Assembly (NCBI GenBank): GCA_963709705.1
Contig: CAVPXU010000013.1
Coordinates: 97,047-161,046, forward strand
From: Candidatus Acidiferrales bacterium
Lineage (GTDB): Bacteria; Acidobacteriota; Terriglobia; Acidiferrales; UBA7541
Direction: 5' to 3'
Length of the DNA: 64,000 nucleotides
Position 1 is the stretch's first letter. Every line of letters starts with the position of its first letter. Both the position numbers and the translations under genes were made by a program. Under the pieces are notes generated by a model, which was not told the origin of the DNA, made no database searches, and saw only the letters and a program-made list of their open reading frames with translations. This document shows positions 43,959-54,800 of the stretch, piece by piece.

Positions 43959-46568
43959 TTACAACGTGCGATCGGCCATGGAAAGGGCGAATTGCAAAAG
44001 TTCTTGCCTGGAAGCAGCGGGCATAGGCTCATTTACCACGCGTGGCATAGGCGGGGCCTTTTCCAGTGCTTCCTGAATTTTGTCGACGTCGAGAACGCCG
44101 CCCGTGTTATTTCCTTTAAAGCGGTCCAGAACTTCCCTGGCTTTGTCGAGTTGTCCGGTCTGATAGTAAAAAACGCCCAACGTGGAATAGCTGCCCACCC
44201 ACTCCGGCAGCAGGTCCACCGCTTGTTCCAGGCGCTCCGCAGCCTGCGCCGTTTTGCCCTGCATCACCGCTACCAGGCCCTGGCCCCAGAGGAGCTTTCC
44301 CGAGCTGGGCATTCGCGCCAGACCTTCCTGCAAAGTTTTCTCAGCGCCGGTTACGTCGTTTTGCCGAAGCTGCAACAGCGTGACCGACAAATAATCCTGG
44401 TCGTTGTCCGGATTCCTGCGAATGGCGTTCCTAAAGATTTGTTCGGCTTCGGCGGTCTGGCCCAGATGCGCCTTGATGTCTCCGACCAGCGAGAGATACG
44501 CATTATCCTGCTGACCTTTGTCGGAGACCTGCTGAGCAATTTCGAGCGCCTGGGCGTACTGACGTTGTCGAAAATAGGCGTTGGCGAGATCGAACTTCAC
44601 GTCGTCGGAATCAGAATTTGCTTTCAGCGCGGCCTGAAAATGCTGGACGGCATCGTCGTACAAATGGTAGCGCGCGAGGAGAACGCCGACACCGGTCTCC
44701 GTGCGGAAATCTCCACCGCTCAACTGATCGATCTGGGCCACAGCTTTGCGAGCGTCGTCCAGTTTTCCCAGTTTCAGATAGCCTTCGGCGAGTAAATATA
44801 AATTTTCGGGCTGGTCGGGATTTTTCTGGATCTGGTTCGAGAGCTCCGTGAGATCGAGTTCCGCTTTCTGCTTTCCGGAAAGATTCGAGCGGTTGTCGAG
44901 ATAATCGAAGAGATGCTGGTAGGGATATGGTCCTGTCGAGGCGTTTTTGGATAGCGTTTGAAATACGTTCAAATCCCGCTGCGCTGCTTCGGACTGATGC
45001 AAACTGCGCTCGACCATCGCGAGTTTGTAGTAGCCCGGGGCCGGCGAACGGGCAACGCGGATAAACTTTCGGAGGAGTTCCTCAGCCTCTTCGAATTTCT
45101 TTTGCGTTATCCGCAGGTTTGCCAGTTCCAGCAATGCATCCGCCTGATCGGGGCTGGCTTGCAGCGCTTCCTGAAAGTAATGTTCTGCTGCGGCGTGGTT
45201 TCCCTGACGCTCCTCGATATAGCCCATATTGAACAGACATGCGCCGTTGCGGGGATCTTTCTTCAGTCCTTCTTCAAAGTATTTGCGCGCTTGGTCGAAA
45301 CGTCCGAGCTGGCGATAGCAGAGCCCCAGGAACGCATACGAGCGAGCGGAAGGGTCCAACTCGATCAAGTGCTTGAACTCTTCGATGGCTTTGTCTACTT
45401 TACCGGACATGAAATAGCTTTCGCCGAGCGCCGCATGGAGGTCTGTGCGCTCGGGAGCGAGTGTCAATCCGGATTCGAGCAGCGGGATAGAGTCTTCGTA
45501 ATAATTCTGAGACATGCTGACGCGTGCCAAGGAGTAGATGACGTCCGTATTTTCAGGCGCAAGCTTGTGGGCACGGACGAGTTGATCCAACGCGTCTACC
45601 GGTTTGGACTCCTGCGTGTAGACCTGCCCCAGGAGATACAGGGTTTCCGCTGAATCGGGCTTGAGCTTCAACGCGCGTTTCAACATCACTTCAGCTTTTG
45701 CAAGCTCGCCGTTTTGCAGATAAATTCCACCCAGGTTGTGCAGAATCTCGAACGCCTGCGGCTGCAACGCTTCGGCTTGTTCCAACTCGAATTGAGCTGC
45801 ATGGTTTTGCTTTTCGGTGGCGAGTAATACGCCCAGCGTGAAGTGCAGTTGGACATTTTCTTTGTTCTGAGCGGACAGCTCCTTGGCGGTCCGCAACCCG
45901 TCGGCGGTTTTTCCCGACTCCAGATAAGCTTTTGTGAGATTGAACCGCGAAGCGATAGTTGCCGGATGGACGCGCTGGAAGTAGAGAGCCGCATCGGCGG
46001 GATGTTTTTTCGCCAGAAGGACCAGACCGAGATTGTAGTTGCCGTCGGGATCCGCCGGGCTCAGGCGCAGGACTTCGCGAAATTCTTTCTCGGCTTGATC
46101 GAGATCTCCCTGGAGGACGTACAGGTTGCCCATGTCGTTGCGAATTCCTGTGGATTGTTGATTGAGTTTCAAGCCCTGTTGAAAGGCAGTGAGCGCGCCG
46201 GCGTAATTCTTTTCGGCGGTGTAGACAAGTCCAAGAAGGCCGTAGCCATCGGGTTTGGAGGGATTTTGTCGCAGCTCTTCCTGAAGCCGCTCCTTTGCCT
46301 CTTCCAATTTGCCTTGCTGAAAGAGTGCTTTAGCATCCGCGAAGGGAGAGGGAGTTTTGGAGGAAGGATGCGCGGGTGGTTTTGCCGGGGCCGGCTGTTG
46401 CGCTGCCGCTTCCCGAGTGAAGAAGGAAATCGCGACCAGAGCAATCGGGGTGATCAGCCGGCTCATGCCGCCTTTTCGTCCTCCTGGATGTGAAGCTGAT
46501 TTCCAAGCGAACATGAGCGCTGCTCCTCTGCGCGCGATTGCGATGAAATAGTGCCGGATGGAGCTCAA
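43959..46568 (-). CDS. Large tetratricopeptide-repeat protein (exported)
   Basis: About 20 TPR-like helical repeats. Signal-peptide-like segment from alternative ATG 46466. ATG 46568 overlaps the upstream stop. Confidence 0.88.
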   Translation of the reverse strand: MSSIRHYFIAIARRGAALMFAWKSASHPGGRKGGMSRLITPIALVAISFFTREAAAQQPAPAKPPAHPSSKTPSPFADAKALFQQGKLEEAKERLQEELRQNPSKPDGYGLLGLVYTAEKNYAGALTAFQQGLKLNQQSTGIRNDMGNLYVLQGDLDQAEKEFREVLRLSPADPDGNYNLGLVLLAKKHPADAALYFQRVHPATIASRFNLTKAYLESGKTADGLRTAKELSAQNKENVQLHFTLGVLLATEKQNHAAQFELEQAEALQPQAFEILHNLGGIYLQNGELAKAEVMLKRALKLKPDSAETLYLLGQVYTQESKPVDALDQLVRAHKLAPENTDVIYSLARVSMSQNYYEDSIPLLESGLTLAPERTDLHAALGESYFMSGKVDKAIEEFKHLIELDPSARSYAFLGLCYRQLGRFDQARKYFEEGLKKDPRNGACLFNMGYIEERQGNHAAAEHYFQEALQASPDQADALLELANLRITQKKFEEAEELLRKFIRVARSPAPGYYKLAMVERSLHQSEAAQRDLNVFQTLSKNASTGPYPYQHLFDYLDNRSNLSGKQKAELDLTELSNQIQKNPDQPENLYLLAEGYLKLGKLDDARKAVAQIDQLSGGDFRTETGVGVLLARYHLYDDAVQHFQAALKANSDSDDVKFDLANAYFRQRQYAQALEIAQQVSDKGQQDNAYLSLVGDIKAHLGQTAEAEQIFRNAIRRNPDNDQDYLSVTLLQLRQNDVTGAEKTLQEGLARMPSSGKLLWGQGLVAVMQGKTAQAAERLEQAVDLLPEWVGSYSTLGVFYYQTGQLDKAREVLDRFKGNNTGGVLDVDKIQEALEKAPPMPRVVNEPMPAASRQELLQFALSMADRTL

Positions 46569-49500
46569 TTTAGCATTTCCAATGTCTGCCGAGCTAATTT
46601 GTGCTCCGGCTGCTGGCGCAGTAAGGCCTGCAACACTTCTTTGGCTTTTTCCTTGTCGTTCAATACTACGTAGAGGCGGGCCAGATTCAGATAGGCCTGA
46701 TCAAATTGCGGAGCAACCTGGATGCAAGTTTCGAATTTGGCCTTGGCTTCGGGATACTGTCCCTGGCGAACTAGCAAAACGCCAAGATTATTCAGGGCAT
46801 CCCCGTAATCGGGGCGCAACGCTAGCGCTTTCTGAAGAAATTGCGCGGCTTCCGGAAGTTGGTTCTGCTGCGCGTAGAGCATCCCGACGCTGTAATTGAC
46901 GTCAGCGCTTTCCGGGCCAGCTTCGAGCGCGCGCAGGAGCATTTGTTTCGCCTCGTCGAAGTTTCCTTGTCTGCGCAGCAAATTTCCAAAGTTGAGGAGC
47001 GCGGTAACGTATGAGGGCCTGAGCTGGAGGGCTTTTTGAAAATCGCCGATAGCTTCTGCAGTCTGGCCTTGTTGCGCGGAGACCATCGCGAGGTTGTTCC
47101 AGGCTTCCGCATATCCCGGCCTTAGATGCAACGCTTGTTCAAGGTAAGTTCTCGCATCCGGGAGCACGTTTCTCATCAGATAGACGGTGCCGAGATTGTA
47201 GTAGGCCTCAGGATTATTCGGATGGTCTGCTATAACTTGCTTGAAAGCATCCGTGGCTGCTTGCAAATAACCGTGCTGGAACAATGCCACGGCGTATGTG
47301 AAATCATTTCGCTGAAATTCCTCGAGGAACAACTGCCCGGTCATGGGGAGAGCGTTGCGCTGAAAATCAGCGCCGGTCTCGGGCATTGAGCGGACATCGT
47401 TCAGCAAACCCGCGGGCTGCAGTGGCCCCTGATAGACCTTTACGATTGCGCCGTCGCGATTCAAAAGAAAAGAAGTTGGTAAGACGAGGTCTCTGCGACG
47501 ATCGAACATGTAGCGGAAAACGAGATTGTAAATGCCGGCTATTTCTTCCGTGGCTACGACCATTGGCAGCGACAATTGTTCACGGGTGATGAGTGCCCGG
47601 AGCGCCTCGGCGTTTTCTGGATTGTCTAAATTGACGCAGATGACATGAATATCCGCCGAAATCAGGTTTGCTTGTTCCTTCTGCAAGAGGCGCAACTGGT
47701 CAGCGCAAGAGGCTGCAGCGGTGCTCCAAAGATGAAGAAAAACAAACTGACCTCGGAGCGTGGAGAGTTGTTTTGTGTCTCCAGTTAAATCCGGCAGAGA
47801 AAAATCTGGTGCTTGCATGGGCTGAATGAGCCAAGTCTCCAGTGAAGAGGGCACGTGCTCCTGGGGTGTTGGCTCTTTCTGGCGTTCATATGCGGCGGAG
47901 GCACTGGCGAACGGTTCGGCGTGAAAGTCGGCTTGCCCTTCCTGGACTTCGATTCGATGGTTGGCGGGCAATTTCTCGAGGATTTGTGTCAGACCGCTCG
48001 GCCAGCGGATGGTGGCGCGAAAGGTGCCGTCCGCGCTGCCGAGGCCAAAGAAAATCTCTTTGCTGTGCTGGGACAAAAATCCAGAACCGGCCTGCAGCAG
48101 TTTTGTCTGCGGATGGCCAGCGGCATCAATCGTGACAGCAGCGCCGATCGCGTCACGGTTGCTCTTTTTTCCATGCAAGCGAAAGGCGACCGAATTGCCG
48201 AGATCCTTCATCGCGTTACGCAATACGCGGATCTGCGGGGCGGTGCGGTTTTTCAGGATGACTTCCAAGCGTCCGTCGTGATCGAGGTCCGCGAGCACGA
48301 ACGCGCGGCTGTCGTCAAGAAAATCAAGGCCGACGATGCCGGAGACATCGGACAACGTGCCGTCTTGATTGTTCAGATAACACACATTCCTTTCGAAACC
48401 GCTCCAGGTGGCGTCCGAGCGGATTAACTCGTTGATGGCATTCCACCCGCGCTCATAATTATCCGAAGGCGTCGCGTTCGATGGTGATTTGGCAACGACC
48501 TGGCGCCAGAAAAAACTGGACACGTCGCGATCGCCGAGGCCGGAGATGTAACCGTTGGCGATATAGAGGTCCTGAAAGCCATCATGGTCGAAGTCCCATG
48601 CGTCGGTGGACCATGCCCATCGGCCCATCTCGACTCCAGCAAGCGCAGCCACATTTTGAAAACGACCGTTGCCTTCATTGCGATACAACGAATTGCCAAC
48701 CATGTGCCGTTTGTACAGCGCGCGGATTTGTTGCGAGTCGTTTGCATGAAAGCTCGGCTGTCGAAAAACGCGCATCCCCGCCGCGACCCACATTCCCGCG
48801 GCGTAAATGTCCTGCTTGCCGTCGTTGTCGAAATCCACCCAGCAAGCGCTCATTCCGGCGCCGGGTTCGTTTGCTTGCGAGTCGTCAGAAACGGCGGCGA
48901 AGGTGCCGTCTCCCTTGTTGCGGTAAAGATTGTTGCGGCCAAAATCATTTACCACGTATAGATCTGGCCAGCCGTCAGAGTTGTAGTCGCCCCAAGTGCA
49001 CGCGAAGCTGTAGCGATTATTTTCGACACTCAGGCCTGCAGCCTCCGTGCGGTCTTGAAACATGCCGTTTCCTTCGTTGTGAAACAAAAAGTTTGGCGGT
49101 CCGTTGCGCGCGTCAAAATAAGGAACGGGATAGTGATACTGGTCGAGACCGCTGTAGTAATTGTAGAGGCAGAAATAAATATCCAGGCGGCCGTCGTGGT
49201 CGTAATCGGCGATAGCGGCATGGGTGAATGTTCCCGCGGGCGGATTCTGAAAACGAAATGCGTCGCGCTTTAGTGAAAATTTTCCGTTTCCCTGATTCCG
49301 AAAGAGCAAGGGGCCGGTGGCGCACACCACTAAAAGATCCTGAACGCCTTTGTTTTCGAAATCCGCAAATAGCGCGCAGGCCGTTCCATCGAGCACACCG
49401 ACACCGGCGGATTCGGTTACATCTTCGAATGTTCCGTCACCGCGATTGCGGTAGAGACGATTGGGAAGTCCCGGCGGTTGGCAAATATAGAGATCGTCAA

Positions 49501-50419
49501 ATCCGTCGTTGTCGAAATCGCCGATTGCGAGGCCGGTATTTCCGTATACATCGATGCCAGATGCGCCGTCGAGAAGTGTGCGCCAGTAGTCGACGCCGTG
49601 CGCGAGTTGGCGCTGATAAGAATCCAGGTGACCGAGAGCTTGCGACGTTACATCCAGGAATATGGGAAGGCGGGCGCGAGTGAGAGTTTCCTCGTTTGCT
49701 TTCCATTGGAGGGCGCGCCAGTTGTCCGAAGCGGTTCGCGACCATTCGGTCTGCCAATATCCGATGCGCCCTTCACGGGCATCGCTCCCGGTCATTCCGA
49801 CGAAGTCGTAACGAATGTCGACGGAAATCGTCAGTGGGGGACTCCCAGTTTCTTCGATATTCGTAATCTGGAATTCGGCGGTGTCAATTCGCGTGAAGGG
49901 CGCCAGGTAAGTTTGCATCTGCTTGAGAAAAGACTCGCGACCTTGCACTGGCGTACCATCAAATTTTCTTCGGATCACTTCAATGCCATACTCCGCGCGC
50001 AATTGTTTCTGTTCGGCGGGAATTAAAGGGGCAGCTTTGATCGAGGCGTCGAGAATTGTGCCGAACGAGTCCGGTGCGGGATGGCCGGATCGAATTTCTT
50101 TTGCCCAGCCAGCGAGCAACTGTGCGATTTCGCTGGCGTATTTTTCCGTGATGTACTCGTCCGTGCCTGGGACTACATAGTGCATCACATCATCGAGGGG
50201 AGATTTTTTCGGGTAGTGGGGTGTAAAGCGGGGTTCGGCGAATGGGAAGGCCGATTTTTTTTCACCGGGAGCGGGAGCTTCCGTCCATCGCAACATTGCG
50301 GACTGCAGAGGAGCCGGAAGAAACACCATGGGCACCCAGCGCATCCTGCCTAAGAAGGCTCGACGAGAGATGCTCTGAATTCCGTGCCGGCTACGCCGCA
50401 TCTTCGAATGTTCTCGCAC
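46565..50419 (-). CDS. Multidomain protein: Tat-like signal, FG-GAP/VCBS repeats, ASPIC/UnbV, redoxin-like domain, TPRs
   Basis: SRRAFLG, many DxDxDG loops, SQHSKEIFFGLG, APDFSLPDLTG...LHLWSTAAASC and seven or more C-terminal TPRs. Confidence 0.88.
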   Translation of the reverse strand: MREHSKMRRSRHGIQSISRRAFLGRMRWVPMVFLPAPLQSAMLRWTEAPAPGEKKSAFPFAEPRFTPHYPKKSPLDDVMHYVVPGTDEYITEKYASEIAQLLAGWAKEIRSGHPAPDSFGTILDASIKAAPLIPAEQKQLRAEYGIEVIRRKFDGTPVQGRESFLKQMQTYLAPFTRIDTAEFQITNIEETGSPPLTISVDIRYDFVGMTGSDAREGRIGYWQTEWSRTASDNWRALQWKANEETLTRARLPIFLDVTSQALGHLDSYQRQLAHGVDYWRTLLDGASGIDVYGNTGLAIGDFDNDGFDDLYICQPPGLPNRLYRNRGDGTFEDVTESAGVGVLDGTACALFADFENKGVQDLLVVCATGPLLFRNQGNGKFSLKRDAFRFQNPPAGTFTHAAIADYDHDGRLDIYFCLYNYYSGLDQYHYPVPYFDARNGPPNFLFHNEGNGMFQDRTEAAGLSVENNRYSFACTWGDYNSDGWPDLYVVNDFGRNNLYRNKGDGTFAAVSDDSQANEPGAGMSACWVDFDNDGKQDIYAAGMWVAAGMRVFRQPSFHANDSQQIRALYKRHMVGNSLYRNEGNGRFQNVAALAGVEMGRWAWSTDAWDFDHDGFQDLYIANGYISGLGDRDVSSFFWRQVVAKSPSNATPSDNYERGWNAINELIRSDATWSGFERNVCYLNNQDGTLSDVSGIVGLDFLDDSRAFVLADLDHDGRLEVILKNRTAPQIRVLRNAMKDLGNSVAFRLHGKKSNRDAIGAAVTIDAAGHPQTKLLQAGSGFLSQHSKEIFFGLGSADGTFRATIRWPSGLTQILEKLPANHRIEVQEGQADFHAEPFASASAAYERQKEPTPQEHVPSSLETWLIQPMQAPDFSLPDLTGDTKQLSTLRGQFVFLHLWSTAAASCADQLRLLQKEQANLISADIHVICVNLDNPENAEALRALITREQLSLPMVVATEEIAGIYNLVFRYMFDRRRDLVLPTSFLLNRDGAIVKVYQGPLQPAGLLNDVRSMPETGADFQRNALPMTGQLFLEEFQRNDFTYAVALFQHGYLQAATDAFKQVIADHPNNPEAYYNLGTVYLMRNVLPDARTYLEQALHLRPGYAEAWNNLAMVSAQQGQTAEAIGDFQKALQLRPSYVTALLNFGNLLRRQGNFDEAKQMLLRALEAGPESADVNYSVGMLYAQQNQLPEAAQFLQKALALRPDYGDALNNLGVLLVRQGQYPEAKAKFETCIQVAPQFDQAYLNLARLYVVLNDKEKAKEVLQALLRQQPEHKLARQTLEMLN

Positions 50420-50500
50420 TTTCTCGCGCAGAGGTCCGATGCTAACACTCGCAGGGGATTGCGTCTAACCAGGCTACTGCAGGATTGAGTTCCCGAGGAT

Positions 50501-51505
50501 TCACGACGAACGAGCCGGGCCGGAAGAACGCCCTATCACTAATTCCGCGGAGATTTCGTATTTCTTGCCGCGAGGATCGGTGGAACTACAAAGCTCGTGG
50601 AGAACATCGGCGGCCATGCGCCCAAGCAAATCACGATGGATATCAACGGTGGTGATAGAGGGATTGCTATATTCCGCGAGCCTGGTCCGATCGAATCCCG
50701 TTACGGAAATATCCTGAGGGATCTGGCAACCCATGGAGGTAAGGCCTTTCATCACGCCCACGGCCGTCAGATCATTGACGGACATCACCGCCGTAGGGCG
50801 CGGAGACATTTTTGCAATGGCCAAACCCGCCGCGAGTCCTCCTTCGAAGCGCAGGTCACCGTGCAAGACCGGCCCTGGCTCCAGGCCGAGGGCGGTCATG
50901 GCTTTCTCGTAGGCTTCCAAACGCGCGATGTTTGACTTGAGCTTGGGCCGACCCGCGACAAAAGCAATTTTCCGGTGCCCTTCTCCGTACAGGTATTTAA
51001 CAATTTGCTCGATGCCAGAAGCATAATTGATTCTTAAGGTACTGACGTATCCGCGTGCGGGCGCAAGATCCAGAAACGTCACGGCGATTTTTCTGCGTGC
51101 CAATTCGTTGATCAGTCGCCCGCTGATTTCGGAAGTCATGATCGCGACTCCGCTGACGTTGTGAGCCATCATGCGCGTGGCGGCTTCCTGGGTGCGTCGC
51201 GGGTCATAATTCGTGTCGCTCAAAATCGCTTCGTAGCCGAGCTGCCGCGTGCGAGACAGAAAGCTCTTGATTATTTCAGGGAAAAAAGGGTTTTCGATGT
51301 CCGATACGATGATTCCAAGAGTGCGCGTATCCCGCGAAGCCAGGCGCCGAGCGTGTATGTTGGGCAAATATCCGAGGCGTTTGACGGTGGAGAGAACGAG
51401 ATCTTTTGTTTTCCTTCCGACCTTCCCGGTCTTGTTCAAAACATTCGAGACGGTCGCAGTCGACACACCGGAAGCCTTGGCAACCTCTCGAATCGTCAAA
51501 CCCAT
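50501..51505 (-). CDS. LacI-family transcriptional regulator
   Basis: TIREVAKASGVSTATVSNVLN HTH, LGYLPNIHARRL hinge, NPFFPEI, PQDISVTGFD and PSITTV motifs. Confidence 0.95.
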   Translation of the reverse strand: MGLTIREVAKASGVSTATVSNVLNKTGKVGRKTKDLVLSTVKRLGYLPNIHARRLASRDTRTLGIIVSDIENPFFPEIIKSFLSRTRQLGYEAILSDTNYDPRRTQEAATRMMAHNVSGVAIMTSEISGRLINELARRKIAVTFLDLAPARGYVSTLRINYASGIEQIVKYLYGEGHRKIAFVAGRPKLKSNIARLEAYEKAMTALGLEPGPVLHGDLRFEGGLAAGLAIAKMSPRPTAVMSVNDLTAVGVMKGLTSMGCQIPQDISVTGFDRTRLAEYSNPSITTVDIHRDLLGRMAADVLHELCSSTDPRGKKYEISAELVIGRSSGPARSS

Positions 51506-51597
51506 AGTTGAGCCCTGTCCTCGACCAACCGATGCAAACAATCGCCACTGTAGTGATTCTATGGCGGGGGAAGCAAAGTATAAATGAAAAAAAATGC

Positions 51598-51626
51598 TTG
51601 ACACCATGCAAAAGTGTGTGTATTAG
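51598..51626 (+). promoter_or_regulatory. Sigma70-type promoter for the TonB-transporter operon
   Basis: TTGACA (51598-51603), 17-bp spacer, TATTAG (51621-51626). Confidence 0.65.
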
Positions 51627-51638
51627 TGCGGGACAAGG

Positions 51639-51650
51639 TTAAGCGGTTAA
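51639..51650. promoter_or_regulatory. Candidate LacI-type operator
   Basis: TTAAGCGGTTAA, a 10/12 palindrome around a central CG, just downstream of the -10 box. Confidence 0.55.
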
Positions 51651-51855
51651 GTTGTTTTGTTGGGGTGCCTGGTCTGGGGGTTGCGGAATCCCTCCGGGTA
51701 TTTTTTGTTTTTACGACGGGAACGTTGCCGTGAATCTTCGTGCGGCTGTTCCTGCGATTTCTATTGCTGGGTTGTTCGCGGGACGGTCCGCACTGGATTT
51801 CATTTTGTCGGGATATTGCGGCTTGCCGAAAAGAAGAACTTCTGGGGGGTTAGGC

Positions 51856-54800
51856 ATGAACGCTCGAGAAATCTCTATCCGGGCCCTGAGTTTATCACTG
51901 CTTTTTGCCGGGGCACTGTTATTGCTGGGCCCAAGACCCGCGCTCGCGCAGATGGACACCGGTTCCATCGTAGGCACGGTCACGGATCAGACGGGCGCGG
52001 TGATCAGCGGTGCGAAGGTGACGCTGACCAACGAAGGAACGGGGATTAGTCTCACCACGACTACGGGCTCCGACGGTGTGTTCAAGTTCTCACCCGTGAG
52101 GATTGGAAGCTACAAGCTGGAAGTTGGGTCGCAAGGGTTTCAGACGATGACGGCAAGCGGTGTCGTCGTCGACATCGGCGCCAGCGTTGTACAGAATTTC
52201 ACGATGCGGCCGGGCAGTGTCACGCAGTCGATCGAGGTCTCCGCTGCTCCGCCGCTTCTGGAGTCGCAGAACGCCGCGGTCGGCCAAGTGGTCGATTCGA
52301 AGAGCGTGAACGACCTTCCGCTGAACGGGCGGAATTTCACGTTTCTGGCGCAGCTCGCCGCCGGTGTGAATACTCCGCAGGCTGATACTCGTGGAAACGC
52401 CGGGTCTGGTGCATTTGCCGCCAACGGCCTGCGGCCGTCCCAGAATAACTACCTGTTGGATGGCATCGACAATAACTCCGACACCGTCGATTTCCTGAAC
52501 GGGACGAACTTCGTGGTGCTTCCTCCTGTCGACGCGATTCAGGAGTTCAAGGTGCAGACTTCGGATTTCAGCGCCGAGTTTGGCCGATCGGGCGCGGCGG
52601 TTCTGAATGCCACGATGAAGTCTGGCACGAATGATTTCCACGGTTCCGCGTGGGAATTTTTCCGCAACGACAAGCTGGACGCCGCGGACTTCTTTGAAAA
52701 TGCAGGTGATGTCCCGAAGGGTGAACTTCGCCAGAACCAGTTTGGCGTGACGGCCGGTGGTCCGGTGATAATTCCGCATATCATCAACGGTCGAAATAAA
52801 TTGTTCTTCTTTGCGGACTATGAGGGATTGCGGAGAATACAAGGGACGATTTTGACGGGCAGCGTCCCCACGACAGCCGAGCGGAACAGCGGCTATACAG
52901 ACTTTTCTGATTTGATCGCCGGTCAAAATGCTGCGGGCTGTCTTTCCGGGGCGCCAACCACCACGTGCAGTTCAGCAGTCACCGACGCTCTAGGCCGCAT
53001 CTTTCCGTTGGGTACTATTTTTGACCCAGCGACCACACGCGCAGTAACTGCCGGAGCGGTTGATCCAGTCACGGGACTGGTCGCGACGTCCACCGGGTAT
53101 GTTCGCAATCCGTTCGGAAGCGTCGGTACCGGGTCATGCGCGGCGAATACCGTAAACTTCACCGGAACCAACATCGCAGCTTGCCAATTGAACCAGTTAC
53201 CTGCGGGCAGATTGGATGCAAACGCCATCAAGCTTTTGAATCTTTATCCGAGTCCGACGAATGGGAATCTGTTCAGCAATTATGCGAATTCCCCGAAGCT
53301 CGACGAGCACCGCAACGGGTTCGACACGCGCATGGATGCAAACATCACTGAACACAATCAGCTCTTCTTCCGATTTGACTATGTAGACGATCCGCAATTT
53401 ATTCCTGGCATCTTCGGCGGCATTGCGGATGGCGGCGCGTTCCAGCAGGGTAATCAGACCGCATTAGCTCAAAACACGGCTCTTGGCTACACGCACACGT
53501 TTTCTCCCACACTGATCAATGAGGCGCGCATCGGCTTCAATTATTTGCACACTACGCGTTCTGGACCGGTGGCCAGCCAAGAAGGAATACCCGCAGAGTA
53601 CGGGATTCAGGACGTTCCGCAAGGGAATTTGAACGGCGGGCTTCCGGCGTTTGGAATTAATGGACTCGCTACCTTGGGAAGCAACTCGTTCTTGCCCTCG
53701 AATGAGACGAGCCAGACCTTGCAGCTGACGGATGACGTGACCAAGATTTACGGCAAGCACACATTCAAAATGGGATTTGAATGGCAACACGTGAAGTTTA
53801 CGACCCTGCAGCCACCGTGGTCTCACGGCGAGTACGATTACAACGGAGCTTTCACGGATGTCCCGGCCGGTACTTCCGGCAATACGGGCCGCGCGGACTT
53901 CCTATTAACTCCCACTCTTTCGGCATTACCCGGCGGCATAAACTACGTCGGCGGTTCGAGTAACGTCTACGTCTCCAACATATTTTTGACGGACGACGGC
54001 AAGAATTATTACGGCGGCTACGCCAACGACGACTGGAAGATCACTTCCAAACTGACTATCAACCTTGGACTGCGTTATGACTTCTTCGGTCTCGTCAAGG
54101 ACCTGCATGGGAACCAGGCAAACTTTGTTCCGAACGGGGCCCCTCTCGGTGGCCCGGCTTACTTGATTCCTAAAGGACCAAACGCGAATAACTTATCACC
54201 CAGTTTCCTGTCGCTGTTAACACAAGACGGGATCAATTTGGCCGTCACGAATGCTTACGGAGGCGGGCTTGGAAATTCGCAGAAGGCGAATTTCGCGCCG
54301 CGGCTCGGCTTCGCTTACCAGGTAACTCCGAAGTTGGTGGTTCGAGGAGGCTGGGGCATCTTCTACGACGGATTTGAGAACCGCGGATACTCGCCGAACC
54401 TGGGCGAGAGTTATCCGTTCCAATTCGATTTCAACTTCGTTCCGGCAAATACCGTGACGCCGATTACATTCCCGGGTTGCAGCACGGCTGGTCCCGGAAA
54501 TGTGGCCACGTTTGAAACCGGTTTTTCGTGCACGTCGCTGAACCCTCTCACCGTGAATGCGAGCGGACTGCAATTGCGCGGAATCCAGTTCAATTACCAG
54601 ACGCCCTACTCGATGGGTGGCAATTTGACGTTGCAATATCAACTGAGCCCGACCATCGCGGTGCAGGCGGCCTATGTTTCGTCTCAGGCACGTCATTTGG
54701 AGGTCTTCCCGAACAATAACTTACCCTCCGTTATCGCTCCCGTGAATACTGCTGAATCCAGCCTTGTGCCTTTCCCAGACTTTGGTTTTGGGGGGAGCTT

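Noticed and set aside
40299-49600. Recurrent nucleotide motifs such as ccgtcgccgttgttgtg...aa, suggestive of a repeat array or CRISPR
   Set aside because: They encode FG-GAP/VCBS peptide repeats (NNGDGTFTDV), are degenerate at third positions and lack regular spacers.
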